Assembly (NCBI RefSeq): GCF_009914755.1
Contig: NC_060935.1
DNA: 64,000 nt
Strand: one strand, 5' to 3'
Source: the human T2T-CHM13v2.0 reference genome, Homo sapiens
The first letter of the stretch is position 1. Each line of letters starts with the position of its first letter. Below the pieces are notes generated by a model. It searched no databases, was not told the origin of the DNA, and saw only the letters and a program-made list of their open reading frames with translations. This document shows, one piece after another, positions 27,741 to 40,242 of the stretch. A program made the position numbers and the translations under genes.

Positions 27741-28213
27741 CACTGGTTATATTTCCAGCTACCCCACCAGCGCCCAGCACAGTGCTTGCAGCATAGACTG
27801 TCAGTGCTTTATAGGGTGAATGTTAGAAAAATAGGTGTTGGTTGGCATCAAGATTCCACTCCTATCTCCAAGTGGCCTGGGCTGATGGTTGTCCAAATTC
27901 ATCTGACGACCCTAATACTCCCATCTCCATAAGGTCTTGGTACACTTATTTTTGGGTGAACCCAGCTCTGGCTATGACTACATCTGTGGTTGTTGGGAGG
28001 CAGGAGGGGAAGATGCCTTTGCACTCAGCCCCGTTTCCAGGAGCCATGCACTAGCTGAGTCTTTTTCTCTAGGTTATAATTGCTCCCTCGAGAAAGGCTG
28101 CATAGCATGCTATGGTTTCCTTTTCTCTCTGGGTCTATTTCAGGAACTGGTTTAGAAGTTGTGGGGTTTTTGTTGCTTTTTTTTTTCTTTGAGTGAAAGC
28201 ACACGTTAAGAAA

Positions 28214-28219
<6 letters not shown>

Positions 28220-28259
<40 letters not shown>
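28220..28259. repeat. pure A40 homopolymer
   Basis: 40 consecutive A, counted directly. Confidence 0.95.
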
Positions 28260-28261
<2 letters not shown>

Positions 28262-29604
28262 CCTCTCTTTCCCATCAGCTCTTTTGACGTTGCTGGGAGA
28301 CAAAGCAAGCAGTAGCAAGTCTCCAAAATGGGCTTTAAAGAAATATATTTAAAATAAACCTCTAAAGCAGAACGGCATCACTTGACGACATGTTGTACAT
28401 TCTGATTCTTCTCCTTCTGCTGCAAGAGAAAGGCTTTCTTGGGCCTGTGAAAAGGTAACTGAGAAGAGCCTCATTTAACTCTTAGAGACCATGGGACCAC
28501 CCATTCCAATGACCTAGACTGAAAAATCAGGCATGGTGCCCAAAAGTTACCCAATACCTCCCATTGCTTCCTCAAGCATCTTCGCATTTTGATCTCCCTT
28601 GGTTAGACCTGTGGCTGGCATGTGTCCCCTCACAGGACCCTGAGGAATTAGACAGATATTAGAGGAACAACAAATGAAGACCAGGGAGGTCAAGGTGATG
28701 CTGGGACCTAGACAAAGACTTCAGTTCCCCCAGTTCACATGGAACCAATAGGGTCCCTCAACTTCAAGGACTAAAGAGGGCATGAATAATGGGTGCCTCG
28801 GTGGTACCCACTGGGAAGTACACATGAGAGAGCTCAGGGGGGTACAGGCTTAAACTTGGATTTAATACGATTTAATTTTTCTTAAGTGGATGTCACACTT
28901 TTTCCACATCTGAGTTTTTGGAGCAATATTCACACCCACTCCTCCTTTCCTTTGAAAACATGATCAAGCATGCCAGCGTGGCTCTGAAATGCCTTCCCCT
29001 AACAGAAGAGGGCCAGGCCCAGGGAGGAAGGTCAGGCCAGAGGTCATGGGAAAGGAACCCTTGGGAAGAAATGCAGTCCCAGGCCTGGCCAGCCCTAACT
29101 CTGGGGCAAGCTCATTTACAGTGGCCCTCACACAGTTCCTCAATTCTGGGTCCTGTCACCTCACAGTCTTAGAAGCAGTCTTCATGGCTTTCTCAGCTGC
29201 AGCTTCAAGTGCTCCCAGGCATTATTCCATGTTCCTCTCACAACACACATGAGAGGAGGGGTGGCCAAATATCCTCATCCCATTTATCAATGAGCAAGTG
29301 CCAGGCTCAGCCAGTGAAGCCCAGGGTGTAGCTCGAAACCTCCGAGTCCCAGGTTTTTCTATGCAGCTAAGCTGCTTGTGGTGGAAGATCACCTAAGAGC
29401 CTTCCTCCACTTCATGAGAAAGTTTTTCTGTTTATTGTCTTTGACTGAACATCATGGATTTGCATGTAAGATAAAAATTAGGGAAGGGAAGTGGCTTCCC
29501 CCCACACGTTGACAATCAGGAAACATTTATCACCTCTTGCCCTGAATGTCATGGAGGCAGCTACTTATTTGCCACCCCCTCCAGATCTGTCTATCCATTT
29601 ACCA

Positions 29605-30076
29605 TGGTGGTAATCAGAGTTCCAAGAGGAAACACGTGGCACATTCAAACGGTCTAATTTGAGGAGAATGCAACACTCTGCAAAAGCAAGGGCAGAATAC
29701 AAGCAAATCCCAAGGTGTGATGAATGCAGTCTCTGGAACTAGTAACTCCAAAGCACTTTCATCATACTAGGCCTGAAGTAGGAATAATCATGAGAACAGT
29801 GACCTGAAAAGAACAATTGGAGAGGCCCACCTAGGAGGGGCTGTGATCTTTAATTGAGGAGCACAGCTGTCCCACAGTGAGGCCAGACTAGGGGAACAAG
29901 AGAATCAATACCCAGACCTCACCTTCTCCCTCTAAATGTCTGTCACTGATGTCTATGGGTCAAACCAACTGGAAACCAGAGGGTCAGAGAGCATGTGGCA
30001 TGGGCACGGTTCACAAAGGTCAGTTTCCTGGGTGCAGAGCACTTTAGAGGTGGATGCAGATGAATATCCAACAGCA
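29605..30076 (-). mobile_element. LTR33-like ERVL solo LTR
   Basis: GGAAACACGTGGCACATTCAAAC..TAATTTGAGGAG, CTAGGCCTGAAG, CAAACCAACTGGAAACCAGAGGG and AATATCCAACA match the reverse of the LTR33 consensus as recalled. Confidence 0.7.
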
Positions 30077-30830
30077 CCTTAGTCCTCATCATCAACCTCA
30101 TGATAGCTATTCATCAGAGAGTAGAACCCTACCATCTGAGGGGTTTTTTGAGATGTATTTTCTATGAATGAGAACTTGTCGCATTACCACCAACTCAGCT
30201 GATACAGATGAAAAATAGTACACGTATGCCCCTATCCTCTCTTCATACACGCCAATAAACTTTTCCACTGTAGTCTGTTGTTTGTAGTTTGTCACTGCTT
30301 TAGCCCTGATTTTGAAAAGGAAAGTGGTAAATGAGATTGGAATCAAGTAGCCAAGAAAGTGTGCCTGGAAGGGGAAGAGAGAGTCTGAGAAGTCTCTTTT
30401 TTGAGTGACTGTTATGTACAGGACACACTATTCTAAAATTAGCAAATTTGACCAAATTGAAGATTGTGAAAAGACTGTTTTTCACAGAAAATATCTCCCT
30501 TAGATGCTTAAAATATCTTCCTTCACCCTGAAGAATCCACAAGTCTTCTTTGGGAGGACTTACATTTCTGTGAAATCAAGGCCCAAATGAGAAGCACCAT
30601 CACACAGGTTGATGAGTGCAGCTGACCCATAGAACTTCTGCAGGAAGCCAGAGCCTGCAAGACCAGGACACGGGACTGTAAGTTTTAAGGGGATGGTGGG
30701 GATGTGGAGGGCAGTGATCACAGGGGAAATGAGAGAGCATGGAGCATTCTGCAGAACTGATCAGATGTTGTAGGAGCTCTGGAGACTTTGGAGAAGCCGG
30801 GAGACCGAGGGGTAGGAGTTGTTAAAATTA

Positions 30831-31112
30831 GCATATTCTCACTCATAGGTGGGAATTGAACAATGAGATCACATGGACACAGGAAGGGGAATATCACACT
30901 CTGGGGCCTGTTGTGGGGTAGGGGGGAGGGGGAGGGATAGCATTGGGAGATGTACCTAATGCTAGATGACGAGTTAGTGGGTGCAGCACACCAGCATGGC
31001 ACATGTATACATATGTAACTAACCTGCACATTGTGCACATGTACCCTAAAACTTAAAGTATAATAATAATAAATAAATAAATAAATAAATATATAAAAAC
31101 AAACAAAAAAAA
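30831..31112 (+). mobile_element. young L1PA (L1PA2-like) 3' end, severely 5'-truncated
   Basis: GAGATCACATGGACACAGGAAGGGGAATATCAC (L1HS/PA2-type) but GATGAC-GAG-TTAG and CTTAAAGTAT, so not Ta/pre-Ta; (TAAA)n tail. Confidence 0.9.
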
Positions 31113-32713
31113 GAAATAGAACAGGATTTAAGTCACAATTTACTCCTTCCTGGTTTGGCCTAAAGCAAGTCTCAAGTGAAGGACAACTGAATGGCTCTTC
31201 TCCCTTCATCATGAGGTTCGCTTCAGCTGATAGAAAACTGGGAAGTTTTAGCCTGCATGTCTTTCCCTCTCTTTGTCCTCCTTAACTCCAAGCCTGGGGT
31301 CTTATCCAGGATGAAAGCTAACTTTATGCTCCTAGAACTGTGCTTAATTAAACATTTTAATTAAAACCGACAAGAGTGATTGTGGCTGTCAGGATGTGAA
31401 AGGAAAGCTGATAAAGTTCCTTGCACCCAGTCCAATTGGCTGCCAGAGGACATGCTGCTGGAGAGAAGGCGGAGAGCCCTGGAGCTGTGGGACCCAGCAC
31501 AGGAGCACTGCAGTCCCTGGAGGAGCTGCCTCTCCAGCCAAAGAGCAAAAAGCAAGAGGGAATGTTCCCTCTCCTCTTACTCCCTGAGGCTACTTCCATA
31601 TGTGTGTGTGCTTAGAGCCAGGCAGGTTTAAGACAGAAGAAATACAAGCGTTTACAGTCATTCCTGCATTTTTCCTTTCAACAGTTACTTACCTACAGCC
31701 TACTCTATATAAAGCACTCTGGTCCTTGCTCTGGGCATGGGCGCTGGAACGAGCACGTCAGAATGTGAGTATGCTGAATCATGGGGCGAGAGACCCTAAA
31801 AAAGCCTCCATGGTTTACCATGGAACTTCTTACCCTAAAACATGTATATACGTGGTTTTCATCCTTGGCCAGCATGACCCTTTCTGAGATTTACCAAAAT
31901 CACCTTACTGGCTTTTTTGAATTATGCCCCAGGTTGTCAAAAATTCCAATACGCTATTCTGAGATTTGCAGAAGTGTGTTAGGGGATTCCTAGGGGAAAA
32001 TAACCCACGCCACAGCCTCGCCTTGCTTTCAGTCATTCTCCCATCATGTATCAGACCGAGACCTAGTGGGCTGTTGTCAGCTATAGACATAAATCCTGGT
32101 TTTCAGGTAGAGAGTTGACAAAAATAAACTGAAAATCACTGTCCTAAAGCAAAGTTTGCTTTACACACAAACCTCCCACAAGTCAATCTGGCCCTGTGCA
32201 TTTAGGAATCCATCTAATCCCGCAGGCTTTGAGACGAAGCCAGTTCTCAGGCTTTGACAACTCCCCATGAAACCCAGTTAACAGCTTGGATTCACAAATC
32301 CCCCGTTCCCAGCTCTTCCCTGCCACATCAGCACAGTGACGCGAACAGACTGTGCCATTTGAAAGCACTTCCCTGGTGTCTCTCAACCCCAGTATTCTCT
32401 GCACCGTCTACCCCTTGCTGGCTGTGACATCCTGACCTTGGAGAATTTGTCACCCTAGAAATACAGACATAGACATAGGCCCAAGGAGTGACATCTGTTG
32501 CTAGGAGTGATCAGAAGACAAAAAGAAAATGTGGTGCCCAGCACAGGGGAATTACTTGATCAAAACCCGCCTCAACAACTCAATTCAACAAGACAACAAG
32601 AATTGGCATGTTCTAAGTACTGAGAGAGATGTGAATTTGCGAGTTATTTAGAGCAGTACTTCTCAAGCTCTTTCATAGAAATAACCTGAAAACCTTATAA
32701 AAAGCAGATTTTT

Positions 32714-33075
<362 letters not shown>

Positions 33076-33169
33076 TTAGAGAGCAATACAAGGCATAGGC
33101 AGTAAGAGACAGAATGGAGTTACAGTCAGGGAGGGTCAACCAGGAGGAGGAAGAAGAAGGCCCCCATCC

Positions 33170-33740
33170 ATGATCAGCAGAACAATGGCCTCTCAGAGGC
33201 ATCTGTGCCCTGATCCCCGGAACCTGTGCATGTGGTACCTCACCTGGCAAAACAGACTTTGCAGCTGTGATTAGGAGTATGGACCTTGGAATGGGGAGAT
33301 TATCCTAGATCATTTAGGTAGTCCCAATGTAATCGCATGAATCCTCAAAATCACAGAGGCTTTCCTGAGTCAGAGAGAGGTCATGATGAGAAGGAGTCCA
33401 TGCTCTTTACTGCCCCGTGATACGGAAGTCCATAGCACGGACAGGACAGGAGAGAGGCCTGCAGCTGATGCTGGGCCCAGCTGCCAACTGGCAAATGAAA
33501 CAGAAGCCTCAGTCTTGAAACAGCAAGGAACTGAATCCTGGCAACACTTGAACAAGCAACAAAGGTGATTCTCCCCTAAAACCTCCGAAAAGAAACACAG
33601 GCCTATCAATATTTTAGTTATACTCCAGCCAGACCCATACGAGACTTCTGACCAATGGAAATATAAGATAGTAAGTGTCTGCTGTTTTAAGCCATTAAAT
33701 TTGGAGTATTTTGCTATAGCAGCAACACAAAATAACATAC
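33170..33740 (+). mobile_element. MLT1 (MaLR) solo LTR, MLT1D-like
   Basis: GCAGAACAATGGCC...ATCCCCGGAACCTGTG...ACTTTGCAGCTGTGATTA...GGGGAGATTATCCT...TGTTTTAAGCCATTAAATTTG. Confidence 0.85.
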
Positions 33741-33759
33741 TGCCTATCTGACTGCCCTG

Positions 33760-34270
33760 CAAACATCTTCAAGATAAAAAAAAAACTGATCTTCCCACTT
33801 CTAGTCTCTTTCTATAATTGATGGACCATACACAGCAGCTAGGGAGAGGTCTCTAAAATTTTGTTCTGATCATAATCCTCCCCAACCCCTCTCTAAAATT
33901 CTTTAATGGCTCAAACTTCTTGCAGAAATAAAGATGTCTGTATAACTTCCCTTTTCTCAGTTATCCAGTCCACCTCTGCCTGTAGGACCTTCCTTCCAGT
34001 CAAATAAGCTGGACTAACTCTGCCTCATGGCTCAATACCATCCTATTCAGACCTCACCTCCTCTGGGAAGCCACCTCTAACACCTTGCCAGTGTGCCAGG
34101 TGCCTGATAAACTGCTCCTAATCCTGTTGTTTTAGCATCTGTCAGGTGACTGTCCTTGTTCATCTGACATCTGACCATGAGCTCCTTGAGAACAAGGATA
34201 GCTGTCTCTCTCTCTCTTCTACCTACACCTCTTATAACAAGTTTCCAGCAAATGCAGGTTGAATGATCAC
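33760..34270 (+). mobile_element. L2 LINE fragment
   Basis: CACCTCCTCTGGGAAGCC...ATGAGCTCCTTGAGAACAAGGA...GTTGAATGA. Confidence 0.65.
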
Positions 34271-34275
34271 CCACT

Positions 34276-34870
34276 GTAGTAGAACATGAAATATCTTTGA
34301 TTTTTTTCCTGGCTCCTGTCACGGAACTCCTAAAACCCTTGGATTATCCTGAAGGATCAGAGAGTGCCTTTTGTTATTCATAATGAGCCCCTGTGATAAC
34401 ACCTGATTTTATGCTAAAGAAGTGACAGGATGGGGCCCTAAGATAGCCTTAAAATGGGGCCAGTCTCTAGGAAGAACAAGTGGATTAGAGGGTTGAAACT
34501 TTCAGCCCCACCCACCAAGCTCCAGGAAAAGGTGGGTGGGGGCTGTGGATTAAGCTCTATAAAAACTCTTGAACCACAAGATTTAATGAGCTTCTGGGTT
34601 GCTGAACACATGGCAGTGCCTGGAGAGTAAGGTGCCCAGAGAGAGCAGGGAGGCTGTGTAACCCCCACCCCACATCTTGCTCTATCAATCTGGTCTGTTC
34701 ATCTACATCCTCTGTAATGTCCTTTATAATAAATAAGTAAACATTAAGAGAGTGTTTCCCTGAGTTCTGTGAGCCACCCTAGCAAATTAATTGAGCCGTA
34801 GGAGGGGGTTGTGGGAATCCCTGATTCATAGAAGTGCAGGTCAAAACCTGGTGCTGCAATTGGCATGTGT
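34276..34870 (+). mobile_element. MER21-family LTR
   Basis: GGAACTCCTAAAACCCTTGG...TTTTGTTATTCATAATGAGCCCC...GATTAGAGGGTTGAAACTTTCAGCCCCACCC...GTGTTTCCCTGAGTTCTGTGAGCC. Confidence 0.85.
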
Positions 34871-35047
34871 GAACACACTGGGCACCTAAAAGGGACATGA
34901 TGCTTTACCAACAATGTCTGGTCTTCCCAGCAACTCTAAAAGGCAGGCATCATTATCTGCATTTTTTCAGATGAAGAAACTAAAATGTAAAGAGAATGCA
35001 TAATTTGCCCAAGATCACAGAGCAAGCAAGTCACTAGCACCTGGATT

Positions 35048-35312
35048 CTTTTATTTATTTATTTATTTATTTATTTATTATTATTATACTTTAAGTTCTA
35101 GGGTACATATGCACAACATGCAGGTTTGTTACATATGTATACATGTGCCATGTTGGTGTGCTGCACCCATTAACTGGTCATTTAGCATTAGGTATATCTC
35201 CTAATGCTATCCCTCCCCACTCCCCCGACCCCACAGTAGTCCCCAGTATGTGATGTTCCCCTTCCTGTGTCCATGTGTTCTCATTGTTCAATTCCCACCT
35301 CTGAGTGAGAAC
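35048..35312 (-). mobile_element. L1PA (PA4/PA5-like) 3' end
   Basis: (TTTA)n tail then TTATACTTTAAGTTCTAGGGTACAT...GTTCTCATTGTTCAATTCCCACC. Confidence 0.9.
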
Positions 35313-36082
35313 GTCTATACCCTTGTTACTAGGAAATTCGGGAGGAGACCACCAATTGAATATTTACTAAATTCTATGCCTTGTGTAAGGGGCATTGTAT
35401 ATGTTATTTAATTTAAGAAAAATGTGAAAAAGTGGTAATTGAGGTCCAGAGAAAGAAATATGTAACTCTTTTTCAGAAAAGCAGGTAAATGCATGCTGAT
35501 AACAATGGAGTAAAAATAAAAATATAGGAAAAAAAAACAGAAAAGCAGGTAAAAGTTTACACAAGCTTTGTTCCTTGCGAGACGTAGGCAATTTCCTCTG
35601 ATGGAGAAGAATGGGGAGAAGATACAGGGCAGAGAGAACTGCTTGAACACAGTGCTACTTACAAAGTATGCCATCTGTGGTTCGGAGGACTGGTAAGAAT
35701 ATGGCGTGAAGTCGAAGACAGCAGGAAACAATCAAGAAAGACTGGAAAATACTCTCGCCTGTCTGCCATGGCAGGGTCTTCGGGTTTCCACCTGATAGGT
35801 GTGGTGATCTGTATCTAGTTTTTAAGAAGGCCAAGTACAAGGTCAACACCATTCTAGAGTGACATGGGAGGTTTATGAAGGAAGGGTTCATCCAGTCATA
35901 ATGCAGACTAGATTTGATGATGTCTGCATTCAATAGGGGTAAAAAAATTCAAGAACTATTTCAGAAGCCACCTAAATAGATTGGTGATTGATTGGTGGTT
36001 TTTAGAACTGAGGAAGAGGGAGTCTTAAATGACTTTGGTGTTTCTAGTATCTGTGGTTGGGTAAAAGATAAAATAATAGTCA

Positions 36083-36817
36083 TAAAACAGCCTTTGCAAA
36101 ATTATGACAGTAGGAGAAACCTGACATAGTTGACTCTATCTTGCTTCTAACCTCCAAACTGTCCTTGGTCATTCCTGGGTGTGGGCCAAGCTTACTCTGG
36201 GAGAAATTTAATTTATAGTTTAATCTTAAACTCCTTAAAGTAAGGTTGATAATAGCCCTTCCCCAAACTAAACTGCCTTTGTAAAATTAATGAAAGGCCA
36301 CCAGTTTAGAGTTATGAGAGGGGCATGAATTTTGCTAAGATGTAGGCGTGGTTAAACGATAACCAGCCATTGTTCTGTAGGTCATAAGATTTGTAACTTT
36401 CCCAATTACTTTTATAGATAACATCACTATTTTAGAACCCAAGATTGACCTTTTGAGATGTCTTTTCAGACTTTGCATTTCTGATGACCAGCTGACTCCA
36501 CCTGGACCTGCAATTTGTGACTCAACAGGTCCTGTGGCCCCACAGGCACCCAGAGACTGACTCAGTGCACAAGAACCATTTTCCACACACCTATGATTTC
36601 ATTCCCAATAACACTCCTGTTCCCTAGCCCCCTGCCCACCAAACTATCCTTGAGAAATCCTAACCTTCACCTTTGGCGAAACTGATTTGAGTAATAACTC
36701 TACCTGCCATGTGGCTAGACTTATGCTAATAAAACTCCTTCTCTACTGCAATAGCACAGTCTCAGTAAGTTGGCTTTTTCTGTGCAACGGGCCAGGAGAC
36801 CCTGTGAGGTAATTACA
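36083..36817 (+). mobile_element. LTR8-family ERV1 solo LTR
   Basis: starts TAAAACAGCCTTTGCAAAATTATGACAGT, ends AATTACA; AATAAA near the 3' end; 4-bp TSD GTCA on both sides. Confidence 0.85.
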
Positions 36818-36931
36818 GTCATAGTTGGGAGAGAGTATATGAGTTTGGTTTTGAACATGTGGAATTTGTGAAACCTCGAGATGTCTGGTGTAAACTGGAA
36901 AATAGGCATGAATCTCAGGTTAAGTCACTGA

Positions 36932-37833
36932 TAGTGATGTGCTGGAGTCAGCTTCTACCCACTCGTCAGAGCTTATTGCTAAATTTTCAGAAATTATATG
37001 AGCCAATTACTAAATACAACCACTAATAAAAGTTGAGTTATATAAACTTTTGATTAAATAAGTTATAGCTTAAAAGGCAATGAATACTCAAAAGCCATTA
37101 CTTTCAAATTATTTTACTATTATCTGAGCTCTTAAGGTAATTTCTGTTCATTTTCTCTATATGGTGAAAACACTGTACAATGGTTTGCTACTGTGCCCCC
37201 TTCTGAACTCTGTGTTTGTAGCCTAAAATTGACCATGGCGAGCATATTTACACCATGAAAATCAGCAAATGCTGCAAATCAAGGCTTGACTGTTTTTTTT
37301 ATTGTCTAGGCTTAAGAAAGACATAGAGAAAATGTTAATAATAATAGAGATTAAACTTAACATTCTATCATGTCTGTAACCATTACATTGTGAATAGCAC
37401 AAAAAATTCAGGAAATATTGTTTGACTATTCAAAACCTATTATCTAATTCAGCAAAGAAGTTACTCAGTCATTGACAACAAAAGAAGTTCTAACATGTGT
37501 TTTTGTTGTTTTACTTTAGCATATTCAATGTAAATAAAAATATCAACCAACACCCATGTCGGAACTACACTTGTTCATCATAAATTGGCTATGGATACAA
37601 GAATTTTGCAAAAATCAGGGAAAATATTCTATGAGAATCAATTAAGCTTTACCGAATTTCCAGTAAAGAATATTGTGGATTCCTTATTTGAAAATACCGT
37701 GCTAGAGATCCTTTATGTCAGTAAATGTTATAGTAATTAAATATATACACACATACACAGACAAACACACACACAAGTACTTTTTTTTTTTCCTCAGAGA
37801 TCTGATAGTTAAAACTTTACCAGCACAATGCTG
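36932..37833 (+). mobile_element. MER63-family hAT-Blackjack DNA transposon
   Basis: degenerate TIRs (T)AGTGATGTGCTGG / CCAGCACAATGCTG; about 900 bp AT-rich interior. Confidence 0.75.
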
Positions 37834-39309
37834 CAATACTGATCACAGATCCAAAGATACTCCTGAACGTCTTTGGCACGAAGTGCAAATTAATCCTAGC
37901 CATGGAGAAGATCCTTTTTAGATATCCTTTGCTGTTGCTTTCTTTCTTTAGGTCTCTAGGACAGTAGTTGGTTCTTTTTAATTAACTCTTTGTTCAATGC
38001 AGTATATCAGTTGAATTTCAGTTTGTTTTCAATTTTTGTTTTCCTCTCGTATGCTTCTTCTTCTTTAGGACTTTTATTTTTTTTCTGGCCTCATTGGTGT
38101 TAACAACTTATTCTAATTTAGATCCATCTGCAAACATCATTAACATGCTATTTACTCCCTCATTAACACTGAAACATTATTATTTATCACTATCTGTGGT
38201 AATGATCATGGGATTAAGGGTATGGAGGCTTTAAGAAGTTTTGATTCTAATCAGGAAGTTGAAAAGGATGCATCTAGGCCTACCCTAAATTGTCCAGTGG
38301 CATGTCAAGGGCTTGGGGACTAGGTTTAAAAAGTAACTAGAATTCAGCCTTCAAGTTGAAATTCAATTTTTCCCAATATGGTATTATTTGAAAACTAGAA
38401 GGAACATCGGGAGATTTCATGCCAAAATATTATTGGTCCTGGCAGTTACAAGTTCCATTTATATGAGCGTCTCATGAGCCTTCAAGGAAAACAGTAAAAA
38501 GGATTACAGTGGCTGATAATTGGTCTTGAAAATGAGATTTTTAGTCAGGTGGGTGCATGGCTGGGAAAAAAAGCTGCAGGAGCCTAGAATTAAACTAAAA
38601 TAGGAGAGAATCATGGGGTGTAGATTTTGTCCTGAGATCAATAATCAGTAGATTATTGGAGGGCAAACATAATCTGCGGTCAGCAGGGCAGTGTTACCAA
38701 ATGTTCTCCAAGCTAACTCTATTTAACTCTGTTGAATAATGAAATTTTAGTAAACTGTATAATGATAGCTCTCAGTTGCAAGGGAAAGAGCAATGCGTTC
38801 CAAGAAGCAAGATCAAAGCCCAGCTGCACAAAGTCAGCCCACATTGCCAAACGTGAGTGGAAAGGCATCATTTGTAGAATGTGGTCAGCTGTGGGCTCAA
38901 GAGAGTGAATTTAAGCAGTACAGGAAATGATTACAAGCCATCAAGATGGAGAACAGGGTGTCACTCGGAGACCAGAAGAAGAGAAATCAGGCATTTCGTT
39001 GTGTATGTTTCTCACTAGTTGCTCTTGTTAGGGCTCAAAGAAAAAACGGAAATTATCATTTCTATGGCTATCTACAACACTTTAATTATTTTTCCTCTTC
39101 GGATTTGAACAAATTGTTGCAAACTGTAGAGTTGGGATTGTTGATTCAGCAACAGAGATAAAATTGAAAACTGGGAGTTTCAACCTCTATAACCATTGAA
39201 TGTTAAGGCTCAGTCATTCACTCTTATTTTGTTTCTTTTAGGTCTAAATGAACCCTTTATTTATTGAAACTTGCCTTCCTTATTGTGTATTAAGGAATAA
39301 CCAAGATAA

Positions 39310-39543
39310 ACATCCTAGCAAACAAACTGTGGCAATGACACCAACAGTCCTTAATGCTCTGGATATCAATTGCTTTCGAGTCTTCCAGCTGAGTCCTCAG
39401 GCACCACAGAGCAGAAACAAGCCATCCCTACTGTAACCTCTCGGAATTCCTGACCCACAGAAACAGTGAGAAACAATAATTATTGTCAGTTTAAGCCTCC
39501 AATCTTGGGAGTAGGTTTTTATGCAGCAACAGATACTAACACA
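39310..39543 (+). mobile_element. old MLT1 LTR 3' fragment
   Basis: GAATTCCTGACCCACAGAAACAGTGAGA...TTTAAGCC...TTATGCAGCAACAGATACTAACACA. Confidence 0.75.
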
Positions 39544-39546
39544 GCT

Positions 39547-39734
39547 CTTTCTTTTCTTTTTTTTAAATTATACTTTAAGTTCTGGGGTACATGTGCAGAA
39601 TGTGCATTTTTGTTACATAGGTGTATACGTGCCATGGTGGTTTGCTGCACCCATCCACCCGTCATCTACATTAGGTGTTTCTCCTAATGCTATCCCTCCC
39701 CTAGCCCCCCACCCCCTGGCAGGCCCCGATGTGT
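39547..39734 (-). mobile_element. L1PA (PA7-like) 3' end
   Basis: TTATACTTTAAGTTCTGGGGTACATGTGCAGAA...GCCATGGTGGTTTGCTGCACCCATC. Confidence 0.9.
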
Positions 39735-40093
39735 TTGTTTGTTTGTTGTTGTTGTTGTTGTTCACTCCCTGCAAACAAAGGGCTCTTCAGTCCTTTACTG
39801 ATTTTATACCTGAGAGCCCCTGTACCAGGGATCTGAGTTTTGACAAGTGTGTCGTGGGACTCACCACTAAACACGAAGATATGGGGCAAGAATTCCATAA
39901 TTCTTTTTCTAAGTTTTTCTTCAAAGCCATACTAGGCCATTTTTTCTCTCAGACCAAAGACATTATATATATATATATATGTATATATGCGCCAGTTCAA
40001 ACCCTTGCCCCACCTCTCTATCATTGTGGAGAGGAGTCTTGGGAGAGGAAGTCTTACCCATGTTAGCTTAGCGTCTTGCTAGGAACCACTCAT

Positions 40094-40242
40094 TTCTGTT
40101 TTTAGAGACGGGGTCCTGCTCTACCGCCCAGGCTGGAGTGCAGCGGTGCGAACATGCTCCTCAAACTCCTGGGCTCAAGCAATCCTGCTACCGCAGCCTC
40201 CCGAGTAGTTGAGATTATGGGTGTGAACCACTGAGCCCGGCC
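40094..40242 (-). mobile_element. Alu monomer / AluJ fragment
   Basis: AGAGACGGGGTC...CCCAGGCTGGAGTGCAG...CTCCTGGGCTCAAGCAATCC...CCCGGCC. Confidence 0.85.

Noticed and set aside
24998-28155. Two ORFs sharing FSLGYNCSLEKG as possible paralogous coding exons
   Set aside because: Similarity is confined to the short DNA motif, the remaining peptide is unrelated, and there is no consistent splice framing; treated as non-coding
30831-31112. Active L1HS-Ta insertion
   Set aside because: Has GAG rather than ACA/ACG at the diagnostic triplet and A rather than G near the tail
39521-40066. 181-aa ORF
   Set aside because: Spans an MLT1 end, an antisense L1PA 3'UTR and simple repeats
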